From positions 608,001 through 672,000 of the forward strand of contig JAKFBS010000004.1 in assembly GCA_036677065.1 (NCBI GenBank): 64,000 bases of DNA, read 5' to 3'. Of this stretch, positions 38,598 to 48,600 are shown piece by piece. Source of the stretch: Bdellovibrio sp. (GTDB taxonomy: Bacteria > Bdellovibrionota > Bdellovibrionia > Bdellovibrionales > Bdellovibrionaceae). Position 1 is the stretch's first letter, and the number at the start of each line of letters is the position of its first letter. The notes under the pieces are model-generated. The model was not told where the DNA came from, ran no database searches, and saw only the letters and a program-made list of their open reading frames with translations. A program made the translations under genes and the position numbers.

Positions 38598-41500
38598 GTG
38601 ATGGACGTTGCTGGAACCACTAAAAATTTGAATGTTTTTAGATTGTTAGTCGTTTTTATTTTTATAAACGCGTCGCTAGCTTTTGCCGGTCCAAATCGCA
38701 CAACCTATCAAGCCAAAATCATGAAGCCTGATGGTTATCCCTTAGAAGCTTCAACTGTAAATTTTAAATTTTCAATTTTAAGTCCGGCAGGCGATTGTAT
38801 TTTATATGCTGAAACTTATTCTTCTGTGAATATGTCTTCAACGGGTGGATTAATTTCTTTTGCTCTTGGTTCTGGAGTAAAAACTTATCCAGTATCGGCG
38901 ACGACTTTTGAACAAGTTTTTTCTAACATCACACCAAGTTTATCTTGTGATGTCGGCGGCCCAGGTAATTACGTGCCCCTGGCCAGCGATTCAAGAAAAG
39001 TTGTTATGCAGTTTCATGACGGTGCCGGATGGCAGACGCTTCCTGCAATGAGCATCAATGCCGTGCCATATGCGATGTATGCCAATGAATCTTTAAAATT
39101 AAATGGCAAAGCTGACACTGACTTCGTTCAGGTGGCTGCGATTCCGACATGTTTATCAACTGAAGCCCTTCAGTATAACGGAACCAGTTTTTTATGTGTA
39201 AGTACGACAACTGTTTCAGCAGCCGCTGTTGTTGCAGCTCTTGGTTATACACCGGCAACGGGTGCAAGTGTTACGGCACTTTCATCTTCATTATCAACAA
39301 CAGATGCAACTGTAGCTTCAGTTTCATCAGCGGTATTTTCTGTTTCTTCAACGGTATCAACTTTAGCAAGTTCTGTTGCGGCAAGTTTTACTTCGATTAC
39401 TTCTTCGCAGTGGTTAACTAGTGGCACGGCAATTTCGTATGATTCTGGAAATGTTGGCATCGGCACGACAGCACCAGTAACTAAATTAGAAGTTTCTGGC
39501 GGCGTGCGTATAAGTATGGAAGCCGCAACTTGTACTGTCAGTTATGCCGGAACTCTACGTTATAATTCTGGTTTAGTCGAATATTGTAATGGCGCTTCAT
39601 GGTCAGCGTTTGGCGTGGCCGGTGCAGGGATTACTTTATTTAATGGTTCGTCTTCTGGCACACAAACTTTTGTGACTGGAATTAGCGGAACAAATTTTAA
39701 TGTTACAACGAATAACGGAGTTCATTCTTTTAATATTCCGTTGGCAGCATCGGCTGCTGTGACGGCGGGTTTATTATCAAATGCAGATTATGTAACTTTT
39801 AATGCGAAAATGAATGCAACCAGTGCGGCGGTGATTTCAGCAATGGGTTACACGCCGGCAAATTCAAGCACGGTAGCAACACTTTCTTCAGTTTTAAATA
39901 CAGTTTCTTCGACGGTGACTAGTTTAACTTCAGATACTGCCGCAAGTTTTGCGGCGATCACTTCATCACAATGGGTAACTAGTGGTTCAACTATTAATTA
40001 CACTGCCGGCGCTGTAGGGATTGGAACTACGAATCCGGGTGCATTATTAGATTTAACTGCAGATCTTGGCAGTGGACCATCGCTAAATATATACAATACG
40101 AACACATCTGATGGTCGTTCGGTTATGCATTTTCGTAACGATAGAGTTTCAAGTCAAAGATACGAAGTGGGTATTGACCCAGGTGGTTCGACTACAAAAA
40201 ATTTCGCTGTTCGTGATTTGACAGCCTCGGGTTCACCAGTGCGCTTTGCGATTGCGCCCAATGGCAGAGTAGGTCTCGGCACAGCAAGCCCGCTGGCGCC
40301 GTTAGATGTTTCAGGAACAATTCGCAGTGCGATTACTGCTGATGGCAATTTTTTTACATTGCAAAGAACAGGAAATAGAATTCACTATGTGCAAGGCACA
40401 GGACAACTTTTACGATTAAATTCTGATAGTCCGACGACTTATGATTTTCAATTAGATGCGGCAAACGGAAATATTTTTATGGCCACAGGTTTTGGTAACG
40501 TGGGTATAGGAATCGCATCACCTAATGCAAGACTTCATTTAGCTTCGGGATCAATGACGGTAGCTCCGCTTAAAATTACCTCAGGTACACTATTGTCTGC
40601 AGCGCAAGCTGGTGCTGTTGAATATGATGGTTCTTATTACTACATCACTGATGGAGCAAATACCCGTCGCGCGATTGCAACAGTAGCAAATCCAGGAACC
40701 TACGATAACGCTTCAAATATTTCTTCTACAGGAAATATCACGATGACTCCAACGGGATCAGTGATTGTTTCAAGCACAACAGCTTCAACAAATTCTAGTA
40801 CTGGTGCTTTAGTTGTGAATGGTGGCTTAGGTGTAGCGGGCGCGATCAATGCCGCTGGCAACATTGCAACGACAGCAAATATCCAAGGAACATCGATCAC
40901 GGCAACCAGTGGAATGATCACTCCTTATATCTATGGATCGACGGCAGCGAGTGGAGTGTTAACTTTAGATTCAACAACGAATGCGGCTAAAGGCAATATA
41001 GTAATGAATCCATCCGGTGGCAATGTCGGCATTGGAACATCAGTTCCCACAACTAAATTAGCTGTAAATGGTGCAGCTGGAAGTGGACACGTATTTACTG
41101 TAACAAATACTTCAGCGTCAGCAGGCTATTCAGGTAGTTTTAATTTAGCCGCACCCAATTTAGCAAATGGAGAGACTTTATTTTTTAACATGGGTAAAGC
41201 AGCCTCAACAAATAATCGTGCAGCTGTTACCTATGTACATGCGGCAGACGGAAGTGCGAGCAACAGGATTTCTCTTGGATTTTTTGGGAACGACAATATA
41301 TTAAATACACTCGCAAGTGGAAACGTCGGTGTGGGAACAAGTGCTCCGACAACAAAATTATATGTAAGCGGAAATGGTTCTAATGCACAAATGACAATAG
41401 ATTATGGTGTAGGTGGAAAATTTGCTGAATTTAGAGCTGGAACTACTGGCTCTGCAATTGGTTACGACGCATCATCTGCTTTTAACATTGGACCTGTAAC

Positions 41501-44084
41501 AGGTCATGGGCAAGCCAGTTTAGATAGTGTTGCAATGACTTTTAATGCAGGAAACGTTGGTGTGGGAGTTACGGCACCAAGTGCAAGACTTCATTTAGCT
41601 TCGGGATCAACAACTGTAGCACCGCTTAAATTCACATCAGGAAGTTTATTAGCATCTCCTGCATCTGGTGCTGTTGAGTATGATGGTACTTATTACTACA
41701 TCACTGATGGAGCAAATACTCGTCGCGCGATTGCGACAGTAGCAAATCCAGGAACCTACGATAACGCTTCAAATATTTCTTCTACAGGAAATATCACGAT
41801 GACTCCAACGGGATCAGTGATTGTGTCTAGCACGACAGCTTCGACGAATTCACAAACCGGCGCACTCGTTGTAAAAGGTGGTCTTGGTGTTGCGGGTAAT
41901 ATTTATTCAAGCGGAACAATCGTAACCTCTTCGAATATCGAAGGTAATGGTATTAAAACTAAAGGAACAACAGCTTATTTAGAAATGCACGATACAAACA
42001 CTCTGTATTCAGCAAGCCCACAATCTGCACTAGTTTTCAGAGATAGCGGAAATTCACAATACAGTTTTATCGGGCCAAGCAATGGTTCGATGATCTGGAA
42101 CAGTTGGTTGCCTATCGAATTAGACACCACCGGTGGTGTTGATTTATATGTAAGTCTAAATGGTAAAGTGGGTATTGGAACATCGTCACCAACAAGTAAT
42201 TTAGATATTAGCCCTGTTGGTAGTATTGCAGATAATACATCAGCACTAAAAGTTGGCGGAACAGCTTCGGCTCCGATTGCAGGAAGTTACGGAAGTTCAA
42301 AAATTTCACTGAGCGCAAATTATATAGGTTACGGCGCTGGCCCGCGCGCGATTAATCTTTATCCATCTACGCAAGTTGACGGGCATGGTATTGGTTTATC
42401 AAATGGCTTAACAGAATTATACTCTAACGGAAATTTTGGTTTCTTTGTTAGACCAAATCGCGCTGATGTGAATGGAACATATGCTTCAACAGAAGTGGTC
42501 AGAATGACTTCGACGGGACGTATGGGTATCGGCACCAGCGCGCCAGCAACGCAATTACATATTAAAGGAACTGGTCCGTATATAGCTTTTGAAGACTCAG
42601 AAGATCCTAATGGTTCATACGGTACTATTACGCAGTTTCAAAACGGCAACATGTTCTACGATGCGGATTTTAATAATACGGCAACACCAGGTGGTCATGT
42701 TTTTAGAACAGACGGCGGCGCAAATACGATTATGACTATGACCAGTTCAGGTCATGTCGGCATTGGCACAACAGCACCAGAAGTTAATCTACATGTTAAC
42801 AATACGACAGCTCCGCATGCTTCGGGAACCGAAATACTTCGTTTAACTGCACCTCATCTAGGTGCAACTATAGGTAGCGGCGGAATTTTAAAATTCACAA
42901 ATAATGTGGCTACAGCAGATGCTGCCGCTATTAAAACTTATACTCACGGAGCGAATGACGTTTCATTAAAATTTATGACTGGATACGGGTCTGGAACTTT
43001 GCAAGACCGTATGACAATTGCCAATAATGGTAATGTGGGTATTGGTACGGCAACGCCAGCGCAAAAATTATCTGTCGTCGGTGATGTGTCTGTGACTGGT
43101 CAGGTCACCTCAAAAGATTTTTTTGAAAAATCAATTAACATTGCAGATGGCTGGGCTATCGGAGATTATGTTGAAATAGTTCAAGGCTGGCCAAATGGTG
43201 CCGGGGCTTCAAGTAATTGGGAAGTGCATGTGGGTGGTACGCGCGGTAATTGGACCGAAGGCACGACTTATCTAATCACAGGAACGCATGCTGTGGGCAA
43301 TGCATGGAGAGAAGCACCTCATAGTTCTGAAAGCGGCTATACTGGCGGTAGTAAATGTTTTACCGTTGATATAAATGGCAACGGAAATTCTCCGCAATTC
43401 AGAATCAGAGCCGTAAAAGCTAGTGTTAGTTGTGGTACGGCTGGACCTGTGTTGCCATTAAATTTCAGAATAAGATCACTTGGAAATAACACGACTTGGA
43501 CAAGTTTATCTGCGACCGGCACTGGCGCAACAGTAGTTGGTATGCAGCCTATGGGATTATCTTGGAATGTTTATACAGGAAATCCGCAAGGTAATGGCAA
43601 TTTGGCCATTCATGCAAATAGTGCCGGCAATGTCGGTATCGGAACAACTGCACCGAGTGAAAAGTTAGAAGTCAGCGGCAGTGTGAAAGCTACAGCTTAT
43701 TTATATACTTCGGATGAACGTCTGAAAAAAGAAATTATCACTTTACCTGATGCACTGACAAAAGCTTTGCAGCTTCGCGGTGTGAATTTCGTCTGGAGAA
43801 ATAACAACGAAAAAACTGTGGGCTTTATTGCCCAAGAAGTTGAAGCTGTTTATCCTGAGTTAGTAAAAACTGATAAAGTTTCTGGGTTTAAAGCCGTGCA
43901 ATACGGCAATATCGTAGCGATTTTAGTTGAGGCGTTAAAACAAGAACACGAAGAGCGCGTCAGATCAGTGGCCAACGTGGCCGAAAAATCTGAAGTTCGT
44001 ATGAATCAACTTGAAAAAGAAAATCAGGATCTTAAAGCGCGTCTTGAAAAACTAGAAAAATTCTTTAGCGAAAAGAAAAAATGA
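38598..44084 (+). CDS. Fibre 2: mosaic fibre adhesin with S74 chaperone
   Basis: 1828 aa with the same N-domain, an internal duplicated module and SDERLKK (Ser codon at 43710). Confidence 0.9.
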   Translation: MMDVAGTTKNLNVFRLLVVFIFINASLAFAGPNRTTYQAKIMKPDGYPLEASTVNFKFSILSPAGDCILYAETYSSVNMSSTGGLISFALGSGVKTYPVSATTFEQVFSNITPSLSCDVGGPGNYVPLASDSRKVVMQFHDGAGWQTLPAMSINAVPYAMYANESLKLNGKADTDFVQVAAIPTCLSTEALQYNGTSFLCVSTTTVSAAAVVAALGYTPATGASVTALSSSLSTTDATVASVSSAVFSVSSTVSTLASSVAASFTSITSSQWLTSGTAISYDSGNVGIGTTAPVTKLEVSGGVRISMEAATCTVSYAGTLRYNSGLVEYCNGASWSAFGVAGAGITLFNGSSSGTQTFVTGISGTNFNVTTNNGVHSFNIPLAASAAVTAGLLSNADYVTFNAKMNATSAAVISAMGYTPANSSTVATLSSVLNTVSSTVTSLTSDTAASFAAITSSQWVTSGSTINYTAGAVGIGTTNPGALLDLTADLGSGPSLNIYNTNTSDGRSVMHFRNDRVSSQRYEVGIDPGGSTTKNFAVRDLTASGSPVRFAIAPNGRVGLGTASPLAPLDVSGTIRSAITADGNFFTLQRTGNRIHYVQGTGQLLRLNSDSPTTYDFQLDAANGNIFMATGFGNVGIGIASPNARLHLASGSMTVAPLKITSGTLLSAAQAGAVEYDGSYYYITDGANTRRAIATVANPGTYDNASNISSTGNITMTPTGSVIVSSTTASTNSSTGALVVNGGLGVAGAINAAGNIATTANIQGTSITATSGMITPYIYGSTAASGVLTLDSTTNAAKGNIVMNPSGGNVGIGTSVPTTKLAVNGAAGSGHVFTVTNTSASAGYSGSFNLAAPNLANGETLFFNMGKAASTNNRAAVTYVHAADGSASNRISLGFFGNDNILNTLASGNVGVGTSAPTTKLYVSGNGSNAQMTIDYGVGGKFAEFRAGTTGSAIGYDASSAFNIGPVTGHGQASLDSVAMTFNAGNVGVGVTAPSARLHLASGSTTVAPLKFTSGSLLASPASGAVEYDGTYYYITDGANTRRAIATVANPGTYDNASNISSTGNITMTPTGSVIVSSTTASTNSQTGALVVKGGLGVAGNIYSSGTIVTSSNIEGNGIKTKGTTAYLEMHDTNTLYSASPQSALVFRDSGNSQYSFIGPSNGSMIWNSWLPIELDTTGGVDLYVSLNGKVGIGTSSPTSNLDISPVGSIADNTSALKVGGTASAPIAGSYGSSKISLSANYIGYGAGPRAINLYPSTQVDGHGIGLSNGLTELYSNGNFGFFVRPNRADVNGTYASTEVVRMTSTGRMGIGTSAPATQLHIKGTGPYIAFEDSEDPNGSYGTITQFQNGNMFYDADFNNTATPGGHVFRTDGGANTIMTMTSSGHVGIGTTAPEVNLHVNNTTAPHASGTEILRLTAPHLGATIGSGGILKFTNNVATADAAAIKTYTHGANDVSLKFMTGYGSGTLQDRMTIANNGNVGIGTATPAQKLSVVGDVSVTGQVTSKDFFEKSINIADGWAIGDYVEIVQGWPNGAGASSNWEVHVGGTRGNWTEGTTYLITGTHAVGNAWREAPHSSESGYTGGSKCFTVDINGNGNSPQFRIRAVKASVSCGTAGPVLPLNFRIRSLGNNTTWTSLSATGTGATVVGMQPMGLSWNVYTGNPQGNGNLAIHANSAGNVGIGTTAPSEKLEVSGSVKATAYLYTSDERLKKEIITLPDALTKALQLRGVNFVWRNNNEKTVGFIAQEVEAVYPELVKTDKVSGFKAVQYGNIVAILVEALKQEHEERVRSVANVAEKSEVRMNQLEKENQDLKARLEKLEKFFSEKKK
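40609..41824 (+). repeat. 160-bp direct repeat inside fibre 2 (40609-40768 and 41665-41824)
   Basis: 4 mismatches in 160 bp by manual alignment; in-frame offset of 1056 bp. Confidence 0.9.
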
Positions 44085-45541
44085 AAAAGCTTCTAGTTTT
44101 ACTTATCTTTTTGCCAATGCTGATCGGGATTAATAATCTGACCGATGGTTACCGCATTCCTGGCGCCGGTGGTTCATTGCGTATTTATGCAAAAAGCGGT
44201 GCTTCTGTAGGTGCCTGTTATGTTGTTCAGAATAATCATGCGACAAATGATTTATTTGTTCCGACAAAAACGCCGGCCGAGTGGCTATCTTTTATTACCA
44301 ATACGCCTGGCTTTGCTACAAAAACTTTATGCCAGCCGAAATCATGTTTAGAAATTAAGAATCTACTGACAAGTTCTACTGACGGAGTTTACACGATTGA
44401 TTCTGATGGTGTCGGGGCGGGTGTAAGTTACCAGACTTATTGTGATATGACTTTAGATGGTGGTGGATGGACGCGAATTTTTCGCCATCATGTGGCTGGC
44501 GGATATTTTTCTACCACTGCAGATGCGATTAGTAAAAATACCGGTGATGCCACAAATAATTTATATTCGGCACTTGATAAAATTCCAGATTTTATCAGCA
44601 ATGGTAAATACCGATTTCGTATGAACTGGCCCGGATTTTCGCAAAAAAATATTTGGTTGCAAAGTACGAATCCGCTCAGTGACGTCGTCACCGCAGGCGT
44701 TGTTCCGATTGCGGTAAACGCGTATTCTGATACCCGCATCCAAAATTGGGGAGGCCTAGAGCTTTCAAGCGGAACCCACGGCCCACCGATTGGATCATCT
44801 TTACTTGATGGTTCTGTGCAACATACTAACTGGCATTACGCGGTCGGAAGTATTGCAGCTTATTCTACTCCGCCGGGAATTCCCGCCGATACCAGTATTT
44901 TAACAGGTGGTGTTTCTGAAACGGTGTTGTGGATCAAAGAAGATGATGTTGTGACTTCGTACAATTCGTGTAAAGCGATCTTGGATGCAGGAGCTTCAAC
45001 TGGAAGTGGTCTTTACACGATTGATCCCGGAAATCTGGGATCACCGATTTCGGTCTTTTGTGACATGACAACAGATGGTGGCGGTTGGACAAGAGCTTTT
45101 TATCATACAGTTTCAGGCGCGTTGTTTGTAAATAACGCCGAAGCATTAAATAGTAATCAGAGTGCACCCCTCAATAAGATTAAATACTCAATCTTAAATC
45201 GTCTTTCTGGATTTTTACGAGCCGGAAAATTTGAATTAAAAATAAATTGGCCAGACAGCGGAAGCGCTGCGCGCAATTGGTGGACACAAACCAGCAACTT
45301 CACGTCGCAACCTGCGGCTGGTTATGTTGGTGTAGCCATTGATTCTACAAGTAATTATTGGGGTGGCTTAGAATTCGGAAGTGAAGGTACAACTTTAGCA
45401 GATGGTTCAGTTAATCATGGTAATTGGTTTTATTCTATTGGGGCACAAACCACATGGGGAACTCCTGATGGGCTTCCGGCTTCAGAGCAACTTTTTCCTG
45501 GCGGGGTGGGTGTGCCTAAAGTCGAACTTTGGATCAAGTAG
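44081..45541 (+). CDS. Secreted double fibrinogen-like domain protein, partner of fibre 2
   Basis: Full-length paralogue of 37022-38497; ATGA overlap with the fibre 2 stop. Confidence 0.88.
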   Translation: MKKLLVLLIFLPMLIGINNLTDGYRIPGAGGSLRIYAKSGASVGACYVVQNNHATNDLFVPTKTPAEWLSFITNTPGFATKTLCQPKSCLEIKNLLTSSTDGVYTIDSDGVGAGVSYQTYCDMTLDGGGWTRIFRHHVAGGYFSTTADAISKNTGDATNNLYSALDKIPDFISNGKYRFRMNWPGFSQKNIWLQSTNPLSDVVTAGVVPIAVNAYSDTRIQNWGGLELSSGTHGPPIGSSLLDGSVQHTNWHYAVGSIAAYSTPPGIPADTSILTGGVSETVLWIKEDDVVTSYNSCKAILDAGASTGSGLYTIDPGNLGSPISVFCDMTTDGGGWTRAFYHTVSGALFVNNAEALNSNQSAPLNKIKYSILNRLSGFLRAGKFELKINWPDSGSAARNWWTQTSNFTSQPAAGYVGVAIDSTSNYWGGLEFGSEGTTLADGSVNHGNWFYSIGAQTTWGTPDGLPASEQLFPGGVGVPKVELWIK

Positions 45542-45558
45542 TGTTTCATTGTGAAACG
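45542..45558. promoter_or_regulatory. Palindromic operator upstream of fibre 3
   Basis: TGTTTCA-ttg-TGAAACG, starting 80 bp before the GTG. Confidence 0.72.
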
Positions 45559-45606
45559 AAAACTTAAAGATTTTACTCCAAAAAGTTTTATAAAAGCGTC
45601 AAAAAT

Positions 45607-45614
45607 ACCGACAA
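45607..45614 (+). promoter_or_regulatory. sigma28-type -10 box, fibre 3
   Basis: ACCGACAA, 7 nt before the GTG. Confidence 0.65.
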
Positions 45615-45621
45615 GTTAAGA

Positions 45622-48600
45622 GTGAAAAGTACACGTTGGCAGGATAATTTTCTGAACCATTTTGCGTTTTTATTTTTTGTGTTTACACTGCTAAACACAT
45701 TGAATGCATTTGCAGGTCCAACACGCACAACGTACCAAGCTAAAATTGTTAAACCCGATGGTTACCCGCTGGAAGCCGCAAGCGTAAATTTTAAATTCAC
45801 GATTTTGGATCCTTCAGGAAGCTGTATTCTTTTTGCTGAAACTTATAATTCAGTGAACATGTCTTCAACCGGTGGGTTAATTTCTTTTTCACTGGGTGCA
45901 GGTGTAAAAACTTTTCCGGTCAGTGGTACAACATTCGAACAAATTTTTTCTAACATTACGCCGAACATGGCTTGTGATACGGGCGGTGCACCTGCGGTTT
46001 ATACGCCGATGGCTAATGATGCCCGTAAGATCGTGATGCAGTTTCATGATGGGGGCGGCTGGCAAACATTGCCTGCGATGAATATCAATGCTGTGCCTTA
46101 TGCGATGTATGCCAATGATTCACAAAAATTTAATGGCATGGCTCCATCTGAATTTGTGCAAGTGTCGACAATTCCAACGTGCACAGCTTCAGAAGCTTTA
46201 CGCTACACAGGTTCAGCTTTTCAATGTGTTGCCGCTGGTGGATCAGGACCTGTCAGTTCAGGTTCTGTTATCACAGCACTTGGTTATACGCCGGCAGATA
46301 GTGCAACTGTATCGACAGTTTCTACATACGCATCGAATGTAAGTTCAACGGTGTTTTCAATTTCTTCGACGGTTTCGTCATTTCAATCTTCAGTGGCGGC
46401 AAGTTTTTCAGCCATTGTGAATTCACAGTGGATAACAAGTGGCACTGCTATTGGCTATGATGCGGGTCGAGTTGGTATTGGCACTTTAAATCCTGCGTAT
46501 AACTTACATGTCATGCAACCAGTGAGCGGTCCAACCAGCGTTATGATCGATGCTTTTTCTGGAACACCTGGAATTTATTTTCGTAAAGCTAACGGCACGG
46601 CAGCGGCTCCGCAGGCCGTGTCAAATGCCACAGCCCTTTTAGAAATTGCAGCAGTTGGCCACGGGCAAACGGCATACCTTGCAAGTTCAGCGGCAAAAAT
46701 GATTATGGCTGCCGAAGAAGATTGGACAGACGCAACAGGTGCAGCTTCGATTCGTTTTCACACGCGTGGTTCAAGTACAACCACAGCTTCATCAGAAAGA
46801 ATGCGTATCGATAAAAATGGTAACGTCGGTATTGGCACTGTTACACCAATGACTAAGTTAGATGTTTCAGGCGGTGTGCGTATCAGTATGGAAGTTGCAG
46901 CCTGTGCTGTAAGTTTTGCCGGTACTCTTCGTTATAATTCTGGTGTTGTTGAATATTGTAATGGATCAGCGTGGACTCAATTTGGAGTAAGTGGTGCAGG
47001 CATCACAGCGTTGAATGGATTAGTTTCTGGATCGCAAACTTTTGCGCTCGGAAATTCGGGAACGTTACCAAATATTTCTTCAACAGGTTCGGTTCATACT
47101 TTTAATTTTCCGTATGCGGCTTCAGCAGGGGTTACTTCAGGTTTAATTTCAAACACTGATTACGCAACTTTTAATAATAAACAATCAGCCACAAGTGCTG
47201 CGATGATTGTAACACTTGGGTATACTCCGGCAAATGCTGTGAGTGTAACAACTCTGTCTTCAACGCTAGCAACAATGCAAGCTTCTGTTGCCACCATCAC
47301 AAGTTCACAATGGGTAACCAGCGGGTCTGCGATTTATTACAATGCAGGTAATGTAGGTATCGGCACAAGTTCTCCGGCGTCTCGCTTAGATTTATCAGCT
47401 AATGCTGTTGTTGATGCCAACACTTTAACATTTAGTAATTTGACTCAAAGTACAAATGTCATTCTGCGCACAAAAGACTATATGAATAATTTAGGCTGGC
47501 AAATCGCAGCAGCCGGTGGTTCGCAAGAATTATTTCATATTCGTGATGGCGCAGGTAACCCAAGATTATTTATTAACACAGCTAACAACACAATGGGTGT
47601 GGGTGCTGCAAGTGCTACCGCAAGATTACATATTACTTCTGGTACAGCCGCTATTCCTGCCTTCAAATTTACTTCTGGCACATTAGTAACTACACCACAA
47701 TCAGGTTCGATGGAATTTGATGGGTTTAATTTTTATTTAACAGATACCTCAGGAATTCGTCGTGCGATTGCGACAGGTGCCAGTTCAAGCAGTATTGATA
47801 ATGCGTCGATAATTAATTCATCAGGCAATATCACGATGGTTCCGCAAACGGGATCAGTGATCGTGTCGAGCACAACGGCCAGCATAAATTCAGCAACGGG
47901 TGCGCTTATTGTAAATGGCGGAGTGGGTATAGCAGGGGATGCTAATATTGCCGGAACACTAACCGCAGGCCATGCGATTATGGGATTATCGACGGGAATG
48001 GTTGGCATCGGTGCTTCAACGCCGACGACAAAACTTGATGTTAGATCTGAAGGAGCGATCAAAGTCGCGCGCATTCAGTACAGTGGCTCTGGTTTTTCAA
48101 CTCAGCCTAATTTAGAAATGTTTCGCTCGCGCGGAACAATTGATTCGCCAACGGCAGTTTTAGCTAATGATGTATTAGGTTCTTGGTCTGCCATCGGTCA
48201 CAATGGTGTATCGTTTGGTGCAGGATCAACAGCTGGGATCTTAATTCGTGCTACCCAAAATTTTTCGGGTACAAGTGCTGGGTCATATATGACATTTAAT
48301 ACGACGGCCTCAGGTACGTCGACCCAAGTTGAAAGAATGCGTATTGATAATCTGGGTAATATGGGTTTAGGCACGACAGCTCCAGATGCTCGTTTAGATG
48401 TGGTTGGGGCAATTAAAATTACCGGATTTTCATCTGGAACTTTCATGTATGTAAATGATAATGCCAGTAGCGGTACGCCGTTAAATGACGGAGCCCGTTT
48501 CGTTTACGATGGTAACGCTTTTGGAGGTAACTATGATGCCATTGTTTTTGAAAAAACAGATGCAAACAATGTAGTTCCTGATGGCGGATTTTTATTTGCC

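Noticed and set aside
32241..45541. Diversity-generating retroelement template/variable repeat pairs
   Set aside because: In the two repeat pairs aligned by hand, mismatches are mostly synonymous third-position changes and not adenine-specific. Both copies are coding, and no reverse transcriptase is in the window.
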